Shown piece by piece: positions 12,501 to 25,000 of a DNA stretch of 64,000 nucleotides (positions are counted from its first letter, which is position 1; the number at the start of each line of letters is the position of its first letter). A program made the translations under genes and the position numbers. Source of the stretch: the human T2T-CHM13v2.0 reference genome, Homo sapiens; the NCBI RefSeq assembly GCF_009914755.1, contig NC_060946.1. The stretch is one strand, 5' to 3'. The notes below the pieces were generated by a model. The model saw only the letters and a program-made list of their open reading frames with translations, was not told where the DNA came from and searched no databases.

Positions 12501-15500
12501 AGGAAGATATTCCCGTTTCCAACGAAATCTTCACAGCTATCCAAATATCCACTTGCAGATTCTACAAAAAGAGTGTATCAAAACTGCTCTGTCAAAAGGA
12601 AGGTTCTTCTCTGTTAGGTGAGTGCATACGTCATAAAGGAGTTTCTGAGAATGTTTCTGTCTAGTGGTTATGGGAAGATATTTGCTTTTTCACCGTAGGC
12701 CTCAGAGCGCTCCAAATATCCACTTGCACATACTACAAAAAGAGTGCCTCAAAGCTGCTCTTTGAAACGGAATGTTCAACTCTATGAGTTGAATGCAAAC
12801 ATCACAAAGACGTTTCTGAGAATGCTTCTGTCTAGATTTGATATGAAGATATTCCCGTTTCCAACGAAATCTTCAAATCTATCCAAATGTCCACTTGCAG
12901 ATTCAACAAAAAGTGTTTTTCAGAACTGCTCTATCAAAAGAAAGATCCACCTCTGTTAGCTGAGTTCACACATCACAAACAAGTTTATGAGAATGCTTCT
13001 GTCTAGTTTTTATTTGAAGATATTTCCTTTCTCACCATAGACCTGAAAGCTGTCCTAATGTTCACTTCCAGATACTACAGAAAGAGTGTTTCAAAACTGC
13101 TGTACGAAAGGGAATGTTCAACTCTGTGACTTGAATGCACACATCACAAAGAAGTTTCTGAGGATGCTGCTGTCTACTTTTTATACGTAATCCCGTTTCC
13201 AACGAAATCCTCCAAGCTATCCAAATATCCACTTGCAGATTCCACAGAAAGACTGTTTCAAAACTGCTCTGTCAATAGAAAGGTTCAACTCTGTTAGCTG
13301 CGTGCATATATCCCAAAGAAGATTCTGAGATTGCTTCTGTTTAGTTTTTATGGGAAGATATTTCCCTTTTCACCGTAGGTGTCAAGGCGCTCAAAATGTC
13401 CACTTCCAGATACTACAAAAAGAGTGTTTCAAACCTGCTCTGTGAAAGGGAATATTCAACTCTGTGACTTTAATGCACATATCACAAAGAAGTTTCTGAG
13501 AATGCTTCTGTCGAGATTTTATATGAAGATATTCCCGTTTCCAAAGAAATCCTGAAATCTATCCAAATATCCCCTCGCAGATTCTACAAAAAGAGTGTTT
13601 CAAAACTGCTCTGTAAAAAGAAAGGTTCAACTCTGTTAGTTGAGTACACACATCACAAACAAGTTTCACAGAATGCTTCTTTCTAGCTTGTAGGGGAAGA
13701 TATTCCCTTTATCACCATGGGCCTCCAACCGTCCGAAACGTCCACTTCCATATACTACAAAAAGAGCGTTTCAAACCTGCTCTATGAAAGGCAATGTTCA
13801 ACTCTGTGACTTGAATGCAGACATCACAGAGCAGTTTCTGAGAATGCTTCTGTCTAGATTTTATAGGAAGATATTCCCGTTTCCAACGAAATCTTCACAG
13901 CTATCCAAATATCCACTTGCAGATTCTACAAAAAGAGTGTATCAAAACTGCTCTGTCAAAAGGAAGGTTCTTCTCTGTTAGGTGAGTGCATACGTCATAA
14001 AGGAGTTTCTGAGAATGTTTCTGTCTAGTGGTTATGGGAAGATATTTGCTTTTTCACCGTAGGCCTCAGAGCGCTCCAAATATCCACTTGCACATACTAC
14101 AAAAAGAGTGCCTCAAAGCTGCTCTCTGAAACGGAATGTTCAACTCTATGAGTTGAATGCAAACATCACAAAGACGTTTCTGAGAATGCTTCTGTCTAGA
14201 TTTGATATGAAGATATTCCCGTTTCCAACGACATCTTCAAATCTATCCAAATGTCCACTTGCAGATTCAACAAAAAGTGTTTTTCAGAACTGCTCTATCA
14301 AAAGAAAGATCCACCTCTGTTAGCTGAGTTCACACATCACAAACAAGTTTATGAGAATGCTTCTGTCTAGTTTTTATTTGAAGATATTTCCTTTCTCACC
14401 ATAGACCTGAAAGCTGTCCTAATGTTCACTTCCAGATACTACAGAAAGAGTGTTTCAAAACTGCTGTACGAAAGGGAATTTTCAACTCTGTGACTTGAAT
14501 GCACACATCACAAAGAAGTTTCTGAGGATGCTGCTGTCTACTTTTTATACGTAATCCCGTTTCCAACGAAATCCTCCAAGCTATCCAAATATCCACTTGC
14601 AGATTCCACAGAAAGACTGTTTCAAAACTGCTCTGTCAATAGAAAGGTTCAACTCTGTTAGCTGCGTGCATATATCCCAAAGAAGATTCTGAGATTGCTT
14701 CTGTCTAGTTTTTATGGGAAGATATTTCCCTTTTCACCGTAGGCGTCAAGGCGCTCCAAATGTCCACTTCCAGATACTACAAAAAGAGTGTTTCAAACCT
14801 ACTCTGTGAAAGCGAATATTCAACTCTGTGACTTGAATGCACATATCACAAAGAAGTTTCTGAGAATGCTTCTGTCGAGATTTTATATGAAGATATTCCC
14901 GTTTCCAACGAAATCCTGAAATCTATCCAAATATCCCCTCGCAGATTCTACAAAAAGAGTGTTTCAAAACTGCTCTGTAAAAAGAAAGGTTCAACTCTGT
15001 TAGTTGAGTACACACATCTCAAACAAGTTTCACAGAATGCTTCTTTCTAGCTTGTAGGGGAAGATATTCCCTTTATCACCATGGGCCTCCAACCGTCCGA
15101 AACGTCCACTTCCATATACTACCAAAAGAGCGTTTCAAACCTGCTCTAGGAAAGGCAATGTTCAACTCTCTGACTTGAATGCAGACATCACAGAGCAGTT
15201 TCTGAGAATGCTTCTGTCTAGATTTTATAGGAAGATATTCCCGTTTCCAACGAAATCTTCACAGCTATCCAAATATCCACTTGCAGATTCTACAAAAAGA
15301 GTGTATCAAAACTGCTCTGTCAAAAGGAAGGTTCTTCTCTGTTAGGTGAGTGCATACGTCATAACGGAGTTTCTGAGAATGTTTCTGTCTAGTGGTTATG
15401 GGAAGATATTTGCTTTTTCCCCGTAGACCTCAGAGCGCTCCAAATGTCCACTTGCACATGCTACAAAAAGAGTGCTTCAAAGCTGCTCTCTGAAAGGGAA

Positions 15501-17732
15501 TGTTCAACTCTATGAGTTGAATGTAAACATCACAAAGACGTTTCTGAGAATGCTTCTGTCTAGATTTGATATGAAGATATTCCCGTTTCCAACGAAATCT
15601 TCAAATCTATCTAAATGTCCACTTGCAGATTCAACAAAAAGTGTTTTTCAAAACTGCTGTATCAAAAGAAAGATCCACGTCTGTTAGCTGAGTTCACACA
15701 TCACAAACAAGTTTATGAGAATGCTTCTGTCTAGTTTTTATTTGAAGATATTTCCTTTCTCACCATAGACCTGAAAGCTGTCCTAATGTTCACTTCCAGA
15801 TACTACAGAAAGAGTGTTTCAAAACTGCTGTACGAAAGGGAATGTTCAACTCTGTGACTTGAATGCACACATCACAAAGAAGTTTCTGAGGATGCTGCTG
15901 TCTACTTTTTATACGTAATCCCGTTTCCAACGAAATCCTCCAAGCTATCCAAATATCCACTTGCAGATTCCACAGAAAGACTGTTTCAAAACTGCTCTGT
16001 CAATAGAAAGGTTCAACTCTGTTAGCTGCGTGCATATATCCCAAAGAAGATTTTGAGATTGCTTCTGTCTAGTTTTTATGGGAAGATATTTCCCTTTTCA
16101 CCGTAGGTGTCAAGGCTCTCCAAATGTCCACTTCCAGATACTACAAAAAGTGTGTTTCAAACCTACTCTGTGAAAGGGAATATTCAACTCTGTGACTTTA
16201 ATGCACATATCACAAAGAAGTTTCTGAGAATGCTTCTGTCGAGATTTTATATGAAGATATTCCCGTTTCCAAAGAAATCCTGAAATCTATCCAAATATCC
16301 CCTCGCAGATTCTACAAAAAGAGTGTTTCAAAACTGCTCTGTAAAAAGAAAGGTTCAACTCTGTTAGTTGAGTACACACATCACAAACAAGTTTCACAGA
16401 ATGCTTCTTTCTAGCTTGTAGGGGAAGATATTCCCTTTATCACCATGGGCCTCCAACCGTCCGAAACGTCCACTTCCATATACTACAAAAAGAGCGTTTC
16501 AAACCTGCTCTAGGAAAGGCAATGTTCAACTCTGTGACTTGAATGCAGACATCACAGAGCAGTTTCTGAGAATGCTTCTGTCTAGATTTTATAGGAAGAT
16601 ATTCCCGTTTCCAACGAAATCTTCACAGCTATCCAAATATCCACTTGCAGATTCTACAAAAAGAGTGTATCAAAACTGCTCTGTCAAAAGGAAGGTTCTT
16701 CTCTGTTAGGTGAGTGCATACGTCATAAAGGAGTTTCTGAGAATGTTTCTGTCTAGTGGTTATGGGAAGATATTTGCTTTTTCACCGTAGGCCTCAGAGC
16801 GCTCCAAATATCCACTTGCACATACTACAAAAAGAGTGCCTCAAAGCTGCTCTTTGAAACGGAATGTTCAACTCTATGAGTTGAATGCAAACATCACAAA
16901 GACGTTTCTGAGAATGCTTCTGTCTAGATTTGATATGAAGATATTCCCGTTTCCAACGAAATCTTCAAATCTATCCAAATGTCCACTTGCAGATTCAACA
17001 AAAAGTGTTTTTCAGAACTGCTCTATCAAAAGAAAGATCCACCTCTGTTAGCTGAGTTCACACATCACAAACAAGTTTATGAGAATGCTTCTGTCTAGTT
17101 TTTATTTGAAGATATTTCCTTTCTCACCATAGACCTGAAAGCTGTCCTAATGTTCACTTCCAGATACTACAGAAAGAGTGTTTCAAAACTGCTGTACGAA
17201 AGGGAATGTTCAACTCTGTGACTTGAATGCACACATCACAAAGAAGTTTCTGAGGATGCTGCTGTCTACTTTTTATACGTAATCCCGTTTCCAACGAAAT
17301 CCTCCAAGCTATCCAAATATCCACTTGCAGATTCCACAGAAAGACTGTTTCAAAACTGCTCTGTCAATAGAAAGGTTCAACTCTGTTAGCTGCGTGCATA
17401 TATCCCAAAGAAGATTCTGAGATTGCTTCTGTCTAGTTTTTATGGGAAGATATTTCCCTTTTCACCGTAGGCGTCAAGGCGCTCCAAATGTCCACTTCCA
17501 GATACTACAAAAAGAGTGTTTCAAACCTACTCTGTGAAAGGGAATATTCAACTCTGTGACTTGAATGCACATATCACAAAGAAGTTTCTGAGAATGCTTC
17601 TGTCGAGATTTTATATGAAGATATTCCCGTTTCCAACGAAATCCTGAAATCTATCCAAATATCCCCTCGCAGATTCTACAAAAAGAGTGTTTCAAAACTG
17701 TTCTGTAAAAAGAAAGGTTCAACTCTGTTAGT

Positions 17733-19095
17733 TGAGTACACACATCACAAACAAGTATCACAGAATGCTTCTTTCTAGCTTGTAGGGGAAGATATTCCCT
17801 TTATCACCATGGGCCTCAAACCGTCCGAAACGTCCACTTCCATATACTACAAAAAGAGCGTTTCAAACCTGCTCTATGAAAGGCAATGTTCAACTCTGTG
17901 ACTTGAATGCAGACATCACAGAGCTGTTTCTGAGAATGCTTCTGTCTAGATTTTATAGGATGATATTCCCGTTTCCAACGAAATCTTCACAGCTATCCAA
18001 ATATCCACTTGCAGATTCTACAAAAAGAGTGTATCAAAACTGCTCTGGCAAAAGGAAGGTTCTTCTCTGTTAGGTGAGTGCATACGTCATAAAGGAGTTT
18101 CTGAGAATGTTTCTGTCTAGTGGTTATGGGAAGATATTTGCTTTTTCACTGTAGGCCTCAGAGCGCTCCAAATATCCACTTGCACATACTACAAAAAGAG
18201 TGCCTCAAACCTGCTCTCTGAAATGGAATGTTCAACTCTATGAGTTGAATGCAAACATCACAAAGACGTTTCTGAGAATGCTTCTGTCTAGATTTGATAT
18301 GAAGATATTCCCGTTTCCAACGAAATCTTCAAATCTATCCAAATGTCCACTTGCAGATTCAACAAAAAGTGTTTTTCAGAACTGCTCTATCAAAAGAAAG
18401 ATCCACCTCTGTTAGCTGAGTTCACACATCCAAACAAGTTTATGAGAATGCTTCTGTCTAGTTTTTATTTGAAGATATTTCCTTTCTCACCATAGACCTG
18501 AAAGCTGTCCTAATGTTCACTTCCAGATACCACAGAAAGAGTGTTTAAAAACTGCTGTACGAAAGGGAATGTTCAACTCTGTGACTTGAATGCACACATC
18601 ACAAAGAAGTTTCTGAGGATGCTGCTGTCTACTTTTTATACGTAATCCCGTTTCCAACGAAATCCTCCAAGCTATCCAAATATCCACTTGCAGATTCCAC
18701 AGAAAGACTGTTTCAAAACTGCTCTGTCAATAGAAAGGTTCAACTCTGTTAGCTGCGTGCATATATCCCAAAGAAGATTCTGAGATTGCTTCTGTCTAGT
18801 TTTTATGGGAAGATATTTCCCTTTTCACCGTAGGTGTCAAGGCGCTCTAAATGTCCACTTCCAGATACTACAAAAAGAGTGTTTCAAACCTGCTCTGTGA
18901 AAGGGAATATTCAACTCTGTGACTTTAATGCACATATCACAAAGAAGTTTCTGAGAATGCTTCTGTCGAGATTTTATATGAAGATATTCCCGTTTCCAAA
19001 GAAATCCTGAAATCTATCCAAATATCCCCTCGCAGATTCTACAAAAAGAGTGTTTCAAAACTGCTCTGTAAAAAGAAAGGTTCAACTCTGTTAGT
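17733..19095 (-). repeat. HOR haplotype W, 1363 bp with a 1-bp deletion (units 14, 21, 26, 30, 31, 33, 41, 42, 44, 46)
   Basis: CACATCACAAAC becomes CACATCCAAAC (for example near 18430, 27977, 34796, 40250). This is linked to GAAATGGAATG, GATACCACAG and GTTTAAAAAC, and usually to GAGCTGTTT, AGGATGATA and CTCTGGCAAA. It explains all ten 1363-bp intervals. Confidence 0.92.
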
Positions 19096-22000
19096 TGAGT
19101 ACACACATCACAAACAAGTTTCACAGAATGCTTCTTTCTAGCTTGTAGGGGAAGATATTCCCTTTATCACCATGGGCCTCCAACCGTCCGAAACGTCCAC
19201 TTCCATATACTACAAAAAGAGCGTTTCAAACCTGCTCTATGAAAGGCAATGTTCAACTCTGTGACTTGAATGCAGACATCACAGAGCAGTTTCTGAGAAT
19301 GCTTCTGTCTAGATTTTATAGGAAGATATTCCCGTTTCCAACGAAATCTTCACAGCTATCCAAATATCCACTTGCAGATTCTACAAAAAGAGTGTATCAA
19401 AACTGCTCTGTCAAAAGGAAGGTTCTTCTCTGTTAGGTGAGTGCATACGTCATAAAGGAGTTTCTGAGAATGTTTCTGTCTAGTGGTTATGGGAAGATAT
19501 TTGCTTTTTCACCGTAGGCCTCAGAGCGCTCCAAATATCCACTTGCACATACGACAAAAAGAGTGCCTCAAAGCTGCTCTTTGAAACGGAATGTTCAACT
19601 CTATGAGTTGAATGCAAACATCACAAAGACGTTTCTGAGAATGCTTCTGTCTAGATTTGATATGAAGATATTCCCGTTTCCAACGAAATCTTCAAATCTA
19701 TCCAAATGTCCACTTGCAGATTCAACAAAAAGTGTTTTTCAGAACTGCTCTATCAAAAGAAAGATCCACCTCTGTTAGCTGAGTTCACACATCACAAACA
19801 AGTTTATGAGAATGCTTCTGTCTAGTTTTTATTTGAAGATATTTCCTTTCTCACCATAGACCTGAAAGCTGTCCTAATGTTCACTTCCAGATACTACAGA
19901 AAGAGTGTTTCAAAACTGCTGTATGAAAGGGAATGTTCAACTCTGTGACTTGAATGCACACATCACAAAGAAGTTTCTGAGGATGCTGCTGTCTACTTTT
20001 TATATGTAATCCCGTTTCCAACGAAATCCTCCAAGCTATCCAAATATCCACTTGCAGATTCCACAGAAAGACTGTTTCAAAACTGCTCTGTCAATAGAAA
20101 GGTTCAACTCTGTTAGCTGCGTGCATATATCCCAAAGAAGATTCTGAGATTGCTTCTGTCTAGTTTTTATGGGAAGATATTTCCCTTTTCACCGTAGGCG
20201 TCAAGGCGCTCCAAATGTCCACTTCCAGATACTACAAAAAGAGTGTTTCAAACCTACTCTGTGAAAGGGAATATTCAACTCTGTGACTTGAATGCACATA
20301 TCACAAAGAAGTTTCTGATAATGCTTCTGTCGAGATTTTATATGAAGATATTCCCGTTTCCAACGAAATCCTGAAATCTATCCAAATATCCCCTCGCAGA
20401 TTCTACAAAAAGAGTGTTTCAAAACTGCTCTGTAAAAAGAAAGGTTCAACTCTGTTAGTTGAGTACACACATCACAAACAAGTTTCACAGAATGCTTCTT
20501 TCTAGCTTGTAGGGGAAGATATTCCCTTTATCACCATGGGCCTCCAACCGTCCGAAACATCCACTTCCATATAGTACAAAAAGAGCGTTTCAAACCTGCT
20601 CTAGGAAAGGCAATGTTCAACTCTGTGACTTGAATGCAGACATCACAGAGCAGTTTCTGAGAATGCTTCTGTCTAGATTTTATAGGAAGATATTCCCGTT
20701 TCCAACGAAATCTTCACAGCTATCCAAATATCCACTTGCAGATTCTACAAAAAGAGTGTATCAAAACTGCTCTGTCAAAAGGAAGGTTCTTCTCTGTTAG
20801 GTGAGTGCATACGTCATAAAGGAGTTTCTGAGAATGTTTCTGTCTAGTGGTTATGGGAAGATATTTGCTTTTTCACCGTAGGCCTCAGAGCGATTCAAAT
20901 ATCCACTTGCACATACTACAAAAAGAGTGCCTCAAAGCTGCTCTCTGAAACGGAATGTTCAACTCTATGAGTTGAATGCAAACATCACAAAGACGTTTCT
21001 GAGAATGCTTCTGTCTAGATTTGATATGAAGATATTCCCGTTTCCAACGAAATCTTCAAATCTATCCAAATGTCCACTTGCAGATTCAACAAAAAGTGTT
21101 TTTCAGAACTGCTCTATGAAAAGAAAGATCCACCTCTGTTAGCTGAGTTCACACATCACAAACAAGTTTATGAGAATGCTTCTGTCTAGTTTTTATTTGA
21201 AGATATTTCCTTTCTCACCATAGACCTGAAAGCTGTCCTAATGTTCACTTCCAGATACTACAGAAAGAGTGTTTCAAAACTGCTGTACGAAAGGGAATGT
21301 TCAACTCTGTGACTTGAATGCACACATCACAAAGAAGTTTCTGAGGATGCTGCTGTCTACTTTTTATACGTAATCCCGTTTCCAACGAAATCCTCCAAGC
21401 TATCCAAATATCCACTTGCAGATTCCACAGAAAGACTGTTTCAAAACTGCTCTGTCAATAGAAAGGTTCAACTCTGTTAGCTGCGTGCATATATCCCAAA
21501 GAAGATTTTGAGATTGCTTCTGTCTAGTTTTTATGGGAAGATATTTCCCTTTTCACCGTAGGTGTCAAGGCTCTCCAAATGTCCACTTCCAGATACTACA
21601 AAAAGAGTGTTTCAAACCTACTCTGTGAAAGGGAATATTCAACTCTGTGACTTTAATGCACATATCACAAAGAAGTTTCGGAGAATGCTTCTGTCGAGAT
21701 TTTATATGAAGATATTCCCGTTTCCAAAGAAATCCTGAAATCTATCCAAATATCCCCTCGCAGATTCTACAAAAAGAGTGTTTCAAAACTGCTCTGTAAA
21801 AAGAAAGGTTCAACTCTGTTAGTTGAGTACACACATCACAAACAAGTTTCACAGAATGCTTCTTTCTAGCTTGTAGGGGAAGATATTCCCTTTATCACCA
21901 TGGGCCTCCAACCGTCCGAAACGTCCACTTCCATATACTACAAAAAGAGCGTTTCAAACCTGCTCTATGAAAGGCAATGTTCAACTCTGTGACTTGAATG

Positions 22001-25000
22001 CAGACATCACAGAGCAGTTTCTGAGAATGCTTCTGTCTAGATTTTATAGGAAGATATTCCCGTTTCCAACGAAATCTTCACAGCTATCCAAATATCCACT
22101 TGCAGATTCTACAAAAAGAGTGTATCAAAACTGCTCTGTCAAAAGGAAGGTTCTTCTCTGTTAGCTGAGTGCATACGTCATAAAGGAGTTTCTGAGAATG
22201 TTTCTGTCTAGTGGTTATGGGAAGATATTTGCTTTTTCACCGTAGGCCTCAGAGCGCTCCAAATATCCACTTGCACATACTACAAAAAGAGTGCCTCAAA
22301 GCTGCTCTTTGAAACGGAATGTTCAACTCTATGAGTTGAATGCAAACATCACAAAGACGTTTCTGAGAATGCTTCTGTCTAGATTTGATATGAAGATATT
22401 CCCGTTTCCAACGAAATCTTCAAATCTATCCAAATGTCCACTTGCAGATTCAACAAAAAGTGTTTTTCAGAACTGCTCTATCAAAAGAAAGATCCACCTC
22501 TGTTAGCTGAGTTCACACATCACAAACAAGTTTATGAGAATGCTTCTGTCTAGTTTTTATTTGAAGATATTTCCTTTCTCACCATAGACCTGAAAGCTGT
22601 CCTAATGTTCACTTCCAGATACTACAGAAAGAGTGTTTCAAAACTGCTGTACGAAAGGGAATGTTCAACTCTGTGACTTGAATGCACACATCACAAAGAA
22701 GTTTCTGAGGATGCTGCTGTCTACTTTTTATACGTAATCCCGTTTCCAACGAAATCCTCCAAGCTATCCAAATATCCACTTGCAGATTCCACAGAAAGAC
22801 TGTTTCAAAACTGCTCTGTCAATAGAAAGGTTCAACTCTGTTAGCTGCGTGCATATATCCCAAAGAAGATTCTGAGATTGCTTCTGTCTAGTTTTTATGG
22901 GAAGATATTTCCCTTTTCACCGTAGGCGTCAAGGCGCTCCAAATGTCCACTTCCAGATACTACAAAAAGAGTGTTTCAAACCTACTCTGTGAAAGGGAAT
23001 ATTCAACTCTGTGACTTGAATGCAGATATCACAAAGAAGTTTCTGAGAATGCTTCTGTCGAGATTTTATATGAAGATATTCCCGTTTCCAAAGAAATCCT
23101 GAAATCTATCCAAATATCCCCTCGCAGATTCGACAAAAAGAGTGTTTCAAAACTGTTCTGTAAAAAGAAAGGTTCAACTCTGTTAGTTGAGTACACACAT
23201 CACAAACAAGTATCACAGAATGCTTCTTTCTAGCTTGTAGGGAAAGATATTCCCTTTATCACCATGGGCCTCAAACCGTCCGAAACGTCCACTTCCATAT
23301 ACTTCAAAAAGAGCGTTTCAAACCTGCTCTATGAAAGGCAATGTTCAACTCTGTGACTTGAATGCAGACATCACAGAGCTGTTTCTGAGAATGCTTCTGT
23401 CTAGATTTTATAGGATGATATTCCCGTTTCCAACGAAATCTTCACAGCTATCCAAATATCCACTTGCAGATTCTACAAAAAGAGTGTATCCAAACTGCTC
23501 TGGCAAAAGGAAGGTTCTTCTCTGTTAGGTGAGTGCATACGTCATAAAGGAGTTTCTGAGAATGTTTCTGTCTAGTGGTTATGGGAAGATATTTGCTTTT
23601 TCACCGTAGGCCTCAGAGCGCTCCAAATATCCACTTGCACATACTACAAAAAGAGTGCCTCAAAGCTGCTCTCTGAAATGGAATGTTCAACTCTATGAGT
23701 TGAATGCAAACATCACAAAGACGTTTCTGAGAATGCTTCTGTCTAGATTTGATATGAAGATATTCCCGTTTCCAACGAAATCTTCAAATCTATCCAAATG
23801 TCCACTTGCAGATTCAACAAAAAGTGTTTTTCAGAACTGCTCTATCAAAAGAAAGATCCACCTCTGTTAGCTGAGTTCACACATCACAAACAAGTTTATG
23901 AGAATGCTTCTGTCTAGTTTTTATTTGAAGATATTTCCTTTCTCACCATAGACCTGAAAGCTGTCCTAATGTTCACTTCCAGATACTACAGAAAGAGTGT
24001 TTCAAAACTGCTGTACGAAAGGGAATGTTCAACTCTGTGACTTGAATGCACACATCACAAAGAAGTTTCTGAGGATGCTGCTGTCTACTTTTTATACGTA
24101 ATCCCGTTTCCAACGAAATCCTCCAAGCTATCCAAATATCCACTTGCAGATTCCACAGAAAGACTGTTTCAAAACTGCTCTGTCAATAGAAAGGTTCAAC
24201 TCTGTTAGCTGCGTGCATATATCCCAAAGAAGATTCTGAGATTGCTTCTGTCTAGTTTTTATGGGAAGATATTTCCCTTTTCACCGTAGGCGTCAAGGCG
24301 CTCCAAATGTCCACTTCCAGATACTACAAAAAGAGTGTTTCAAACCTACTCTGTGAAAGGGAATATTCAACTCTGTGACTTGAATGCACATATCACAAAG
24401 AAGTTTCTGAGAATGCTTCTGTCGAGATTTTATATGAAGATATTCCCGTTTCCAACGAAATCCTGAAATCTATCCAAATATCCCCTCGCAGATTCTACAA
24501 AAAGAGTGTTTCAAAACTGCTCTGTAAAAAGAAAGGTTCAACTCTGTTACTTGAGTACACACATCACAAACAAGTTTCACAGAATGCTTCTTTCTAGCTT
24601 GTAGGGGAAGATATTCCCTTTATCACCATGGTCTTCAAACCGTCCGAAACGTCCACTTCCATATACTACAAAAAGAGTGTTTCAAACCTGCTCTATGAAA
24701 GGCAATGTTCAACTCTGTGACTTGAATGCAGACATCACAGAGCAGTTTCTGAGAATGCTTCTGTCTAGATTTTATAGGAAGATATTCCCGTTTCCAACGA
24801 AATCTTCACAGCTATCCAAATATCCACTTGCAGATTCTACAAAAAGAGTGTATCAAAACTGCTCTGTCAAAAGGAAGGTTCTTCTCTGTTAGGTGAGTGC
24901 ATACGTCATAAAGGAGTTTCTGAGAATGTTTCTGTCTAGTGGTTATGGGAAGATATTTGCTTTTTCCCCGTAGGCCTCAGAGCGCTCCAAATGTCCACTT

